A DNA stretch of 64,000 bases from Desulfobacterales bacterium (GTDB lineage: Bacteria > Desulfobacterota > Desulfobacteria > Desulfobacterales > UBA5852), in assembly GCA_963674755.2 (NCBI GenBank), contig CAXXVS010000003.1, positions 2,016,001-2,080,000 on the forward strand, given 5' to 3'. Positions 21,007-29,956 of this stretch are shown here, piece after piece. The notes beneath the pieces were generated by a model. It ran no database searches. It was not told the DNA's origin and worked only from the letters and a program-made list of their open reading frames with translations. The position numbers were made by a program, and so were the translations under genes. How positions within the stretch are numbered: position 1 is the stretch's first letter; each line of letters starts with the position of its first letter.

Positions 21007-22344
21007 TCATACCTGGGGGCGGTTTTGGGCAAGTTGAATCAGGATTCGGGCGTCAGGACGATCTTCCATGGTCCAGATCGTGGATACCAGCCGATCACAT
21101 TTTCGGCGACCCAACACCGGATCGACCAGCCAGTGAAATTTGGCTTCCAGTTCGTGGTCCGTAGGCAGCGTGTCGGGCGGCTCCCACCGGGCTTCGATGC
21201 GCCCGGAGCGGAAGTGTTCGCCGGCCACCGTTTCCACCACCACTTCGGCCGGAGCCTTGGCCGGGAATTCGGCCTCGAATTCAGGGGCCGCTTCGGTGGA
21301 TACGCGGTCCACGAGGGCAAGCAGTTCGGGGGCCTGCAGCCGGGGCGGCAGCACCTGGGCCGGCCCCACCTCGCCGTCCAGCAGGGCGGCCGCCACTGGA
21401 AAGGCCAGGCTGTACTGGGCGGCCTCCGTGTCGCGCGGCGGACCTTTGGGCAGACGGGTGGCGGCTTCGAACGTACGCACGCGGATGTGCCGGATCTGAT
21501 CCGGCCGCAAGCGGTTCTCCCGCACGATCTTGAGGGCGCCGTCGATGGCCGGTTGTCCCCAGCGGCAGGCGGCGTAGGGCTTGAAATAGAGGTTGCGCAT
21601 TTCCCACGCGCGGCCGAGATTTTCAATCCATGCCGGATCAGGGGCGTCGTCGAACAGGGGACCGATGCCGGTGAATCCGTCCCGGGCCATGAGGGCCGCA
21701 AGGACTGCCACCATGCAGCCCCAGCCGATACTGTCCTTGCCCATGGAGGGGGTGTCGATGCCCTTCATCATGGGGGCAATGGGGGCGTGGTACTCGGCGG
21801 CCCCCATGGCATGCCGGAGCTGCCGGGCATCCAGACCCAGCAGCCGGCCGGCGGCCGCGGCCCCGGCGATAGCCCCCCAGCTGCCGGAAGAATGGTAGAC
21901 CGTGTAGGTCGCATGGCGGATGACCCCGGCCCGGATGCCCAGTTCGTAGGCGATCACCAGAGCGGTCAAAAAATCCCGGCCGCTGCATTCCGCGGCCAGC
22001 TCCGCCGCGGCCAATACCGGCGGCAGGGCGCAGGCCCCGGGGTGCCCCTTGACGTTGCGGTAGCCATCGTCGATGTCCAGGGCGTTGCCGAAAAACCCGT
22101 TGGCCAGGGCTGCTCCGGCCGCGGACACGCGCTCCCCGGAGACCATGAGGGTGGCCTGATCACCGCCGAACTGTTCCCGGGCGGTCTTGCGCATGATGCC
22201 GGCCACCGGCGTCTGCGATCCGGCGACAAGGGCCCCCAGGGTGTCCAGCAGGCAGCGTTTGGACTGGTGCTGGGTCTCCGGGGGCAGGTTTTCCCAGAGA
22301 GTCCCCAGCGCAAAACCGATGGCATGATCCGTCAAAGAAGGCAT
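21007..22344 (-). CDS. MmgE/PrpD family protein
   Basis: LLDTLG, AALANG..NALDIDDG, GHPG, FKPYAACRWGQ, QYSLAF. Confidence 0.9.
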   Translation of the reverse strand: MPSLTDHAIGFALGTLWENLPPETQHQSKRCLLDTLGALVAGSQTPVAGIMRKTAREQFGGDQATLMVSGERVSAAGAALANGFFGNALDIDDGYRNVKGHPGACALPPVLAAAELAAECSGRDFLTALVIAYELGIRAGVIRHATYTVYHSSGSWGAIAGAAAAGRLLGLDARQLRHAMGAAEYHAPIAPMMKGIDTPSMGKDSIGWGCMVAVLAALMARDGFTGIGPLFDDAPDPAWIENLGRAWEMRNLYFKPYAACRWGQPAIDGALKIVRENRLRPDQIRHIRVRTFEAATRLPKGPPRDTEAAQYSLAFPVAAALLDGEVGPAQVLPPRLQAPELLALVDRVSTEAAPEFEAEFPAKAPAEVVVETVAGEHFRSGRIEARWEPPDTLPTDHELEAKFHWLVDPVLGRRKCDRLVSTIWTMEDRPDARILIQLAQNRPQV

Positions 22345-22425
22345 CCGCTTGTATCCGTCTATCGCTTCTAAAACCTAGTCCAACCCGGTTGGCATTGCCC
22401 TTCTCCGCAAGGCTTTTTTCCAAGC

Positions 22426-22869
22426 TTATCTGTCTGCCCTTGCAAAGCGTTCGTCATGCTGGACCAAGTCATCGGTGATCGCGTAGTAGTCCCCCTTCTG
22501 GGAGACCCAGACATGATCGGTGGTCCGAAGGCCGGTAGGCGGATCCAGGGCGCCTGCGGCAATGGAAATGCGTGGCTTGCCGCGGGGATCCCAAAACAGG
22601 CTGGATCCGCAGTTGCCACAGAACCCGCGGTGGACATGCGGTGTTTCGTCGGTGGGGGAGCGAAACCACTTCAGGGTATCCGCCTGAACCAGAACCAGGG
22701 CTTCCCGCTCCGTCGCGGTGTAGGCGCCCACATGTCCGTGAAAACGCCGGCACTTGCTGCAGTGGCAGTCGATCACATCCATCAAGGTACCATGGATTTC
22801 AAACCGGACCCCGCCGCAGAGGCAGCCGCCCGTTGCGGCAGGTGTTGCTTGTCGAGGCGTCATCGGCAT
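22426..22869 (-). CDS. GFA/CENP-V family zinc-binding protein
   Basis: GGCLCGGVRF, CHCSKC, RGFCGNCGSSLFW. Confidence 0.9.
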   Translation of the reverse strand: MPMTPRQATPAATGGCLCGGVRFEIHGTLMDVIDCHCSKCRRFHGHVGAYTATEREALVLVQADTLKWFRSPTDETPHVHRGFCGNCGSSLFWDPRGKPRISIAAGALDPPTGLRTTDHVWVSQKGDYYAITDDLVQHDERFARADR

Positions 22870-23000
22870 TTCATCCTATAGCAAGCCCACGATAGGGGTG
22901 CGTAAAGGGCAACTCCACGGGCTATGGCGCTGCCCGGAGGAAACCCGCTTGGAAGCGTCCCGGCAGGACGGCCGGTCGCCGCCATGCCGGGAATGGATCG

Positions 23001-23897
23001 TTACAGCAGACCTTGGGACTTCAAGAAATTCTGCGCCACTTCCGTGACGGACTTTTTCTCCACATCGACCTGGGCGTTCAGGGACGACATGGTCGCGTCA
23101 TCGAAAAGCCCGGACAGTTTGTTGAGATCATCCGCAAGGTCCGGATGCGCATCCAGGGTTTCCTTGCGGATGGTGGGCGTAATGGCATAAGCGGGAAAGA
23201 AATTCTTGGTATCCTTGAGCACGACGAAGTTGAAGGCGGGGATGCGTCCGTCGGTTGCAAAAACGAGACCCACATCCACATCGCCGTCTTTCAAGGCCTT
23301 GTAGACCAGCCCGGTGTCCATACGCTTGACATCCGCGCGGGGGAACTCGAAGCCGTAAGCCTTTTGGAGGGGTTTCAAGCCGTCGTCCCGCTTATAGAAT
23401 TCGATGTTGCACCCGAAGGTCAAATTTTCGCCGGCATTGAGTTTGGCCGCCAGATCTTCCAGTGTCCGGAGCCCCTTTGCTTCGGCATCGGCTTGGCGGA
23501 CCGCCAGGGCATAGGTATTGTTGGCAGCCGAGGGGTTCAGCCAGACAATCCCCATTTTCGCATCCTCGGTTTTGACCGCCTTATAGATCTCCTCGGCCGA
23601 TTGATTGGCAAACTTGTTCTTGTGGAAGGTTAAGAAGGCCGTGCCCGTGTATTCCCAATACAGGTCGACCTGCTTGTTTTCCAATGCTTTGCGCACCAAG
23701 GAGGTCCCCATGCCGGTTTTGAGCTCCACCGTATACCCCTTGGCGGCCAGGTACTGACCGGTGATTTCCGCCAGGAGCAGTTGTTCGGTAAATCCTTTGC
23801 CGCCGACCACGACGGATGCCGCCGATGCCGTTTGAACGGTGGACACGGCGATCAGCAGAATCGCCACGATACTGAATAGTTTGAATGCCTGTTTCAC
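23001..23897 (-). CDS. Osmoprotectant/quaternary-amine ABC transporter substrate-binding protein (OsmX/OpuCC-like)
   Basis: Signal peptide from GTG 23897 (GGAGG RBS); GKGFTEQ, YWEYTGT, NNTYALA, FATDGRI, FFPAY. Confidence 0.9.
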   Translation of the reverse strand: MKQAFKLFSIVAILLIAVSTVQTASAASVVVGGKGFTEQLLLAEITGQYLAAKGYTVELKTGMGTSLVRKALENKQVDLYWEYTGTAFLTFHKNKFANQSAEEIYKAVKTEDAKMGIVWLNPSAANNTYALAVRQADAEAKGLRTLEDLAAKLNAGENLTFGCNIEFYKRDDGLKPLQKAYGFEFPRADVKRMDTGLVYKALKDGDVDVGLVFATDGRIPAFNFVVLKDTKNFFPAYAITPTIRKETLDAHPDLADDLNKLSGLFDDATMSSLNAQVDVEKKSVTEVAQNFLKSQGLL

Positions 23898-23919
23898 GGT
23901 CTTGTCCTCCTTTGGGTGG

Positions 23920-24705
23920 TTACTCTTGTGCAAACCGCTGTGGGTTTACGCCTTTGGGTAAGAACCAGTACTGTAGTTTTGACAAAACGAAATCCATCAC
24001 GATCGCCAAAGCGGCCACCGACAGGGAACCGATCAAAAGGGAATTGAACTCGTTGAGTTGAATGCCGGTGAAGATGTATTCTCCCAGGCTGTCGGCGGCG
24101 ATCAGGGTGATCAGAGGGCTGGTGCCGACATTAAGGGCAAAACCGGTGCGGATGCCCGCCGAAATGACGTAAAGGGCGTTGGGAAGCTGGACTTTCCACA
24201 GAATCTGCTGATCGGTCATCCCCTGACCGCGGGCCGCTTCGATCATGTGCTCCGGGACTTCGCTGATTCCCTGATAGGTGTTGCGCACGACCGGCAAAAT
24301 CGTGACGGTAACCAGACCGATAAAGGCCGATTTGAACCCCAGCCCGGTTAGGGTCATGATAATTGCCAGAATCGCCAGGGTGGGCACCGCCGAGAGAATG
24401 TTGAAACCCTGGGAAAACATTTCCGAATATCGCTTGAACCAGGGGCGCGTCATCAGGATGCCGGAAGCAATTCCCAACAACGATGCCGTGATTCCGGAGG
24501 AAATGACGATCGCAATCGTCTGGCGCAGCAGATAGACCCAGTCTTCGTATGAGTCTACGAATTCCTTGATCAGACCGGTCGACTCCGAGAAAACCCCGGA
24601 CAGATAGATCAGCGCCAGCAGGACATACAGCGCAAACATCTTGCTTCTTTTGATGAGTTCGATGACATAGTTTGTCCGTCGATCTTTCATGGGGCCATAT
24701 TTCAT
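23920..24705 (-). CDS. Osmoprotectant ABC transporter permease
   Basis: VPTLA, LPVVRNTYQG, EAARGQGM loop. Confidence 0.9.
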   Translation of the reverse strand: MKYGPMKDRRTNYVIELIKRSKMFALYVLLALIYLSGVFSESTGLIKEFVDSYEDWVYLLRQTIAIVISSGITASLLGIASGILMTRPWFKRYSEMFSQGFNILSAVPTLAILAIIMTLTGLGFKSAFIGLVTVTILPVVRNTYQGISEVPEHMIEAARGQGMTDQQILWKVQLPNALYVISAGIRTGFALNVGTSPLITLIAADSLGEYIFTGIQLNEFNSLLIGSLSVAALAIVMDFVLSKLQYWFLPKGVNPQRFAQE

Positions 24706-24714
24706 GGGTCGATC

Positions 24715-25854
24715 CTATGCAATGTTGTCGCCGTGTTTGCGGGGTGCTTCACCAAGAAGGCTGGCGATGATGTGTTGGGTGGTGTAGCCTTTATAAGTGC
24801 CCTCATCGTCCACCACCGGGAGCCAGTCGCAGGCGTGGGCGTACATCTGCGATACGGCATCATGCAGGCTGTCATTTTCGTGGATCGTGCCGGGTATCGG
24901 ATCGATGAGATCACTAATCATGCCGCTGACGCCCCCTTTCATCTCCTCCTTGGTGATGTAGCCCCGGGCGCGGCCCCGGGGGCCGACGACAACGGCAATG
25001 TGGGCGTTGCGGCCACGCATTTTTTCGGCGACCTTTTCGGAAGAGTCGTCCGGTTGAACCGCCATGCGAAACGGCATGATCGCATCGCTGACTTTGATGA
25101 GTTTGAGTCGCTTCAGGGCACGGTCCGAGCCGACAAATTCTTTGACAAACTGGTTGGACGGATTGGCCAGGATTTCATCGGGGGTATCGCATTGTTCGAG
25201 AACCCCTTCGCGGAAAATGGCGATTTTGTCCCCCATTTTAATGGCTTCGTCGATGTCGTGGCTGACAAAGAGGACGGTTTTACCCAACTCGGCGTTCATT
25301 TTTAAGAATTCGTCCTGAATCACTTCCCGGTTGATGGGATCGATGGCGCCAAAAGGTTCGTCCATCAGCATGACCGGCGGATCGGCGGCCAAGGCCCGGA
25401 TCACCCCGATGCGCTGTTGCTGGCCGCCGGAAAGTTCCCGGGGATAGCGTTTTAAAAAGATGCTGGGATCGAGGTTGACCATCTCCAACAGTTCGCCGGC
25501 CTTTTTACGGCTTTTCTTCCGGTCCATTTTCAGCAGATCGGGCACCACGCAAATGTTGCCCTCGATGGTCATGTTCGGAAACAACCCGATTTGCTGAATG
25601 ACGTAGCCGATTTCACGTCGCAGGGTGATGGGATCCAGACGGTCCGTATCCTGGCCGTCGATATAGATCTTGCCGGATGTCTTGGGGATCAGCTTGTTGA
25701 TCATCTTTAAAGCCGTCGTTTTCCCGCACCCCGACGGCCCCAGGAAGATGCAGATCTCGCCTTGGCCGACTTCCATGGAAATATTGTTGGCGGCAATCAC
25801 CGGCTCTTTGCCTGGTACTTCGAAATGCTTGGTCAGATTTTCAAGCCGAATCAT
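24715..25854 (-). CDS. Osmoprotectant ABC transporter ATPase with CBS domains (OsmV/OpuCA-like)
   Basis: GPSGCGKT, LSGGQQQR, LMDEPFGA, SHD; C-terminal CBS pair; start at MIRLENL overlapping the upstream stop. Confidence 0.92.
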   Translation of the reverse strand: MIRLENLTKHFEVPGKEPVIAANNISMEVGQGEICIFLGPSGCGKTTALKMINKLIPKTSGKIYIDGQDTDRLDPITLRREIGYVIQQIGLFPNMTIEGNICVVPDLLKMDRKKSRKKAGELLEMVNLDPSIFLKRYPRELSGGQQQRIGVIRALAADPPVMLMDEPFGAIDPINREVIQDEFLKMNAELGKTVLFVSHDIDEAIKMGDKIAIFREGVLEQCDTPDEILANPSNQFVKEFVGSDRALKRLKLIKVSDAIMPFRMAVQPDDSSEKVAEKMRGRNAHIAVVVGPRGRARGYITKEEMKGGVSGMISDLIDPIPGTIHENDSLHDAVSQMYAHACDWLPVVDDEGTYKGYTTQHIIASLLGEAPRKHGDNIA

Positions 25855-26513
25855 GACGTTGCTCCCCGTAGCCCTTTGGGTGTCAGTAATTTTTGAACGA
25901 ACAGGAACAGATAGTCGGCAATGATCGCCAGCAGGGAAACCGCGACGGCGCCGACGATAAGTTTGGTACTGTTGGTGCCGGTAATCCCCTCGTTGATGAT
26001 GGTGCCCAGTCCTCCGGCTCCGATGTAGACGGCAATCGTCGCCACGGCGATATTCATGACCACCGCCATGCGCACCCCGGCCATGATGACGGGGACCGCC
26101 AGCGGGATTTCCACTTTCGCCAGTCGCTGCCAATCGCTCATGCCCATGCCCTTGGCGGCTTCGCGAAGGGCCGGGTCGATGTTGTTGATGGCGGTATAGG
26201 TATTGCGGATGATGGGCAGTTGCGAGTAGAGGAAGATCGCAATGGCGGCCGGCCAGAATCCAATGCCGCGGTTAATCAGCGACAGCAGGGGGATCATCAG
26301 GCCGAACATCGCAATGGAAGGAATGGTGATGATGACCGAGGCCAAATATAAAATGGCGTCGGCCAGATTTTGATCTTTGGTGATCAGGATTCCGATCGGC
26401 ACCCCGGTAAAAATCGCGACACCCACCGATACGCTCACCAAATAGAGATGTTCGATGGTCAGCCTGACGATGGTCGGATAATTGCCCACGACGTAGTGGA
26501 TGATGTCTTCCAT
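25851..26513 (-). CDS. Osmoprotectant ABC transporter permease
   Basis: TIPSIA, LPIIRNTY, EAAKGMGM, GAGGLG. Confidence 0.92.
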   Translation of the reverse strand: MEDIIHYVVGNYPTIVRLTIEHLYLVSVSVGVAIFTGVPIGILITKDQNLADAILYLASVIITIPSIAMFGLMIPLLSLINRGIGFWPAAIAIFLYSQLPIIRNTYTAINNIDPALREAAKGMGMSDWQRLAKVEIPLAVPVIMAGVRMAVVMNIAVATIAVYIGAGGLGTIINEGITGTNSTKLIVGAVAVSLLAIIADYLFLFVQKLLTPKGLRGATS

Positions 26514-26536
26514 GGGTCACCTAAGTTTCGTTAATA

Positions 26537-26678
26537 GCGCCCATTCATAGATGGCATCTTTCAGCCCCAGCCGGTGTTCTCGCTTTTTGAGAATCCTCGC
26601 CGCAGCCAGCTGCGTCTGCGGCTCCCAATTCGCTGGAGCCTTGGCCTAAACCGAAATCTACCACCACTGGACGGACCC
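26537..26678. mobile_element. MITE-like repeat family B, copy 2 (diverged)
   Basis: GCGCCCATTCATAGATGGCATCTTT...GTTCTCGC...GCCTTG...AAATCTACCACCACTGGACGGACCC, collinear with B1. Confidence 0.7.
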
Positions 26679-26760
26679 TAAATGGCAGTGTCGCCAACTG
26701 GCGCAGGGGAAGATCAAAAATTCCCCCCAATGTATCGTCCTATTCTCCTCCCTATAGCGA

Positions 26761-28026
26761 TCACAGTCTATGGGCCGGAAGTGGTTGCCCGGAAAGACTG
26801 CCCATACGGTTCAGGGTGTGATCGTCGCGCATATAATTCGGACGGCCGGCATTGCGCTGGATGGCCGCCAGTCCGTGATCGTCGAACGGCTCCACCACCG
26901 GTGCCGGGAATTGCCCCGGTTGGCTGGCGGTGCACAATTCGATGTGGTGCAGAAGTTTGCCGATGGAAAAGGACACCAGGTCTTTGAGAAACCCGAAGGC
27001 ATGGCGCATCTGGTGAAAGCCGTAAGTCTTCAATAAAGAGAAGGCGTAGACGGCGTCACCTTCCGCCTGGGCGCCCGGCTTGGCGGCATTGGTGGTGCCG
27101 GCCGACTGGATGGACGGCAGTCCCAGACGCCGGTTGACCTTTTCCATCAACAGATTGGCCAGATGGTGGGCCGGATGGCCCAGGTCAACGGCGTAGTTCT
27201 TTTCGATATTGGCGATGGCCGGCAGGCCGGCGTGGACCGTCATGATCCCGGGATTGACCAGCTGGGCCAGGGTGATCCCGAACAGGGCCTCGGCATGGGT
27301 CAGGGTCAGCAGCCCGGACATGGAATAGGGCGCCGAAAGGCCGGCCATGGGCATGGTCGACACATAGACGGGAAGGCCCTTGCGCAGGCATTTCAGGAAG
27401 GGCGGCAGCATGTCGGGGATGACATTCAGCGGACTGTTGATGATGGAAAACTGGAGGGTCATCCGGCCGCGTTGGCGGAAGAGCATTGCGGCCTTTTCCA
27501 GGCCCGCATCGGTCACGGCGGCAACATATAGAGGCTTGCGGCAATGGGCCGCGAGGGTCTCCATCACCGCCACTTCCTGACCGGGAACGAGCACCCCGCG
27601 GGCCATGAAGGCCACCGGCGCGGAGCGGTCCGCGATGCGGGCGATTTCGGCCACATGCGTCAGGGTGGGCGGCACCAGGTCTTCCGTCATGTCGTCGAAG
27701 ACGAAGGGCGCCGTGCCGCCGATGCCGAAGGCGTTTGGCGGAACGAAGAAGGCATCGCGGCGGGGCGCCGTCGTCAACGCCTGGGTGATCAATTCAGGAA
27801 GGATATGGATATGACCGGTGGTGTCATCGAAGGCCGCCAGGCCCGTATCCTCGAAAATGCGTCGGACTTCTTCATTCCGGCAATGGACGCCGGTTTCTTC
27901 CAGAACCGCCAATGCCTCGGCATGGATCCGATCGGTCCAGGCGGCGTCCACCAGCGGCTGAAATGACCGACGGGGCGCTTTTGCGGAGCCTTGCTGCGAT
28001 GCTGCCATCATACCCACTGCTTTCAC
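26761..28026 (-). CDS. Trimethylamine methyltransferase (MttB) superfamily protein, non-pyrrolysine
   Basis: RIHAEALAVLEETGV, INSPL, MPMAGLSAPYSMSG, HAEALFG..LAQLVNPG; no in-frame amber; start uncertain (28026/28011/28008). Confidence 0.85.
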   Translation of the reverse strand: MKAVGMMAASQQGSAKAPRRSFQPLVDAAWTDRIHAEALAVLEETGVHCRNEEVRRIFEDTGLAAFDDTTGHIHILPELITQALTTAPRRDAFFVPPNAFGIGGTAPFVFDDMTEDLVPPTLTHVAEIARIADRSAPVAFMARGVLVPGQEVAVMETLAAHCRKPLYVAAVTDAGLEKAAMLFRQRGRMTLQFSIINSPLNVIPDMLPPFLKCLRKGLPVYVSTMPMAGLSAPYSMSGLLTLTHAEALFGITLAQLVNPGIMTVHAGLPAIANIEKNYAVDLGHPAHHLANLLMEKVNRRLGLPSIQSAGTTNAAKPGAQAEGDAVYAFSLLKTYGFHQMRHAFGFLKDLVSFSIGKLLHHIELCTASQPGQFPAPVVEPFDDHGLAAIQRNAGRPNYMRDDHTLNRMGSLSGQPLPAHRL

Positions 28027-28038
28027 CGGCGATTTACA

Positions 28039-29253
28039 TCAGTTGACAAATACCTTCCCGATATTGGCCGTCGTCAAGGGATCGTCCAGATACATGCCCA
28101 GCCCGGTGCGCCGGATGGAAGCCATGCCGCGCTCGTCGTAGACCGGCATCTCGAGCTCCGGCGCCTCGTCGGGCGAGACTTCTTCGGCGATGCGAATCGC
28201 CGCTTCCAGTTTGGCAAAAGAGAAATCCACCAGGTGTCGCAGGAACGCGAAGGCATGACGAATCATATGAAAGCCGTATTTCTTGCACATGGCCTGCCCG
28301 ATGCGGGCGTCTTCCAGGGCACGTTCGGTGAGATGTTCCTCGTTGGTGGTGCAGGCGCTCTGGAAAGTGGGCAGATCGAGCATCATGTTCAAATGGGCCA
28401 TGAGCAGGTTGAGCAGGAAATGGCTGCGCAGGCCGTAGTTGGGATTGTATTCGAAGCGCGGGTCGGCGATGGTCGGGAAACCGGCGTGGATACAAGTGTG
28501 GCCGGGCCGCAGGAGCTGGGCCGCGCAGATGCCGAAGAGCACCTCGGCGTGGGTCATGGCCAGCACACCGTTGTAGCTGTAAGGCGCGCTGATGCCGGCC
28601 ATGGGCATGGCCGAGATGAACACCGGAAGACCGGCCCGGACGACCTTGACGAAGTGCTCCGAGAAGTTCTCGTTGACCTGCAGGCAGGGGCGTGTCAGGC
28701 AAAAGACGATCATTTCCCGGCCGCGCCGGGCATGGATTTCCACCGCACGATCCAGGGCCCGGTCGGAGGTCACGGCGTAGTACATGGGCTTGGCGCAATG
28801 GGCGGTCATGGTGTCCATCTGCTCCACTTCGTCCTTCAACTTGAGGCCGCGCCCCATACCGGCCACGATCGGGCTGGCGTCGGCGATGGCCGCAATACGG
28901 GCCACATGCTCGGCGGTGGGCATGACGCCCCCCTGTCCGGCGGCATCGTCGTAGACATAGGGGGCTGTGCCGCCGACGAAGAAGCTGTTGCGGGGCACGA
29001 AGAAATCGTCGATCCCCGGGGTCCGGGCCAGGCATTCTTTGACCAGGTCTTCGGTCACATAGACCCGGTTCTCATAAACGATGGCCTTGCCGTCCTCTTC
29101 GTACTGCCGGAAGGCGGCCAGCATGTCCGGCTGGGCGCAGCCGACCCCCATGTTCTCGAGCATCCAGAGCGCGTCTTCATGGACCTGCAGGAGCATGTCC
29201 ACCGTGGGAGACCCCAGAACATTGCGGGAAGTCTCCACCTGTTTCGTGTTCAT
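28039..29253 (-). CDS. MttB superfamily methyltransferase, non-pyrrolysine (paralogue)
   Basis: VHEDALWMLENMGV, MPMAGISAPYS, HAEVLFG..AQLLRPG; collinear with the neighbouring paralogue. Confidence 0.85.
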   Translation of the reverse strand: MNTKQVETSRNVLGSPTVDMLLQVHEDALWMLENMGVGCAQPDMLAAFRQYEEDGKAIVYENRVYVTEDLVKECLARTPGIDDFFVPRNSFFVGGTAPYVYDDAAGQGGVMPTAEHVARIAAIADASPIVAGMGRGLKLKDEVEQMDTMTAHCAKPMYYAVTSDRALDRAVEIHARRGREMIVFCLTRPCLQVNENFSEHFVKVVRAGLPVFISAMPMAGISAPYSYNGVLAMTHAEVLFGICAAQLLRPGHTCIHAGFPTIADPRFEYNPNYGLRSHFLLNLLMAHLNMMLDLPTFQSACTTNEEHLTERALEDARIGQAMCKKYGFHMIRHAFAFLRHLVDFSFAKLEAAIRIAEEVSPDEAPELEMPVYDERGMASIRRTGLGMYLDDPLTTANIGKVFVN

Positions 29254-29274
29254 TGTCGTCCTCATCGATGAAGG

Positions 29275-29946
29275 TCATTGTCGATGGTTGGGGCCCGCCT
29301 GATGCCTATCCAGGTCGGCCAGCCAGGTTTTGAACCGGTTTTCACCCGCAGGCCTGAGGCCATGGGCGGCGCCCGCGGAGAGAATGACGTGGACCATGTC
29401 GTGGGCATAGCCCCGGGAACAGGCGAGCAGCATCCCCCCGGAGCCGTCCTCACCCCGGGCCAGGACGACCGCCTGGCAGGGGACGTGCGCCAGCGGACCC
29501 TGAAGCAGGAAGGGCGTGCGGCGCTGCGGCGTCCCCAAGTCCAGGTTCGTCAAATGTTCGGTCACCTCGAAAACGCGGGGACCGAAGAGCGCCAGGAACA
29601 GCGTAGCTTCGGTCACGTCGGTGTATCCGGCGGCATCGGCCGGGACCGGTGCCGCTCCGCTTCCCAGAAACCATACCGCCGCCTGGGTGCCGTTCATGCG
29701 GTTGATCAGCAGCTGATTTTCCAGGCGGCAGGCCCCCGGCGCCTCCGGTACGGCAAGTCCGCCAGGTTGCATGTCGCCGACCCGACCGTCCTGAAGGTCC
29801 CAGCGGGGTTGGTGGCACAGATCGACCAGCCAGGGGCCCGGGCCCTCTTCATCCAAGGACAGCGCAACCTCCCAATGATCTCGCAGGTCGGTTTGCAGGG
29901 GGCGGGCAGGAAACATAACCGGTGATTGTCTCTTGATAGCGTGCAT
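29275..29946 (-). CDS. soxG: Sarcosine oxidase gamma subunit-like
   Basis: Position after the alpha subunit; DVTEA..LALFGP and CSRGYA motifs. Confidence 0.7.
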   Translation of the reverse strand: MHAIKRQSPVMFPARPLQTDLRDHWEVALSLDEEGPGPWLVDLCHQPRWDLQDGRVGDMQPGGLAVPEAPGACRLENQLLINRMNGTQAAVWFLGSGAAPVPADAAGYTDVTEATLFLALFGPRVFEVTEHLTNLDLGTPQRRTPFLLQGPLAHVPCQAVVLARGEDGSGGMLLACSRGYAHDMVHVILSAGAAHGLRPAGENRFKTWLADLDRHQAGPNHRQ

Positions 29947-29956
29947 GGCGGTCACC

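Noticed and set aside
26761..29253. Pyrrolysine readthrough in the MttB genes
   Set aside because: Both frames are open with no internal TAG, and no pyl genes are in the window.
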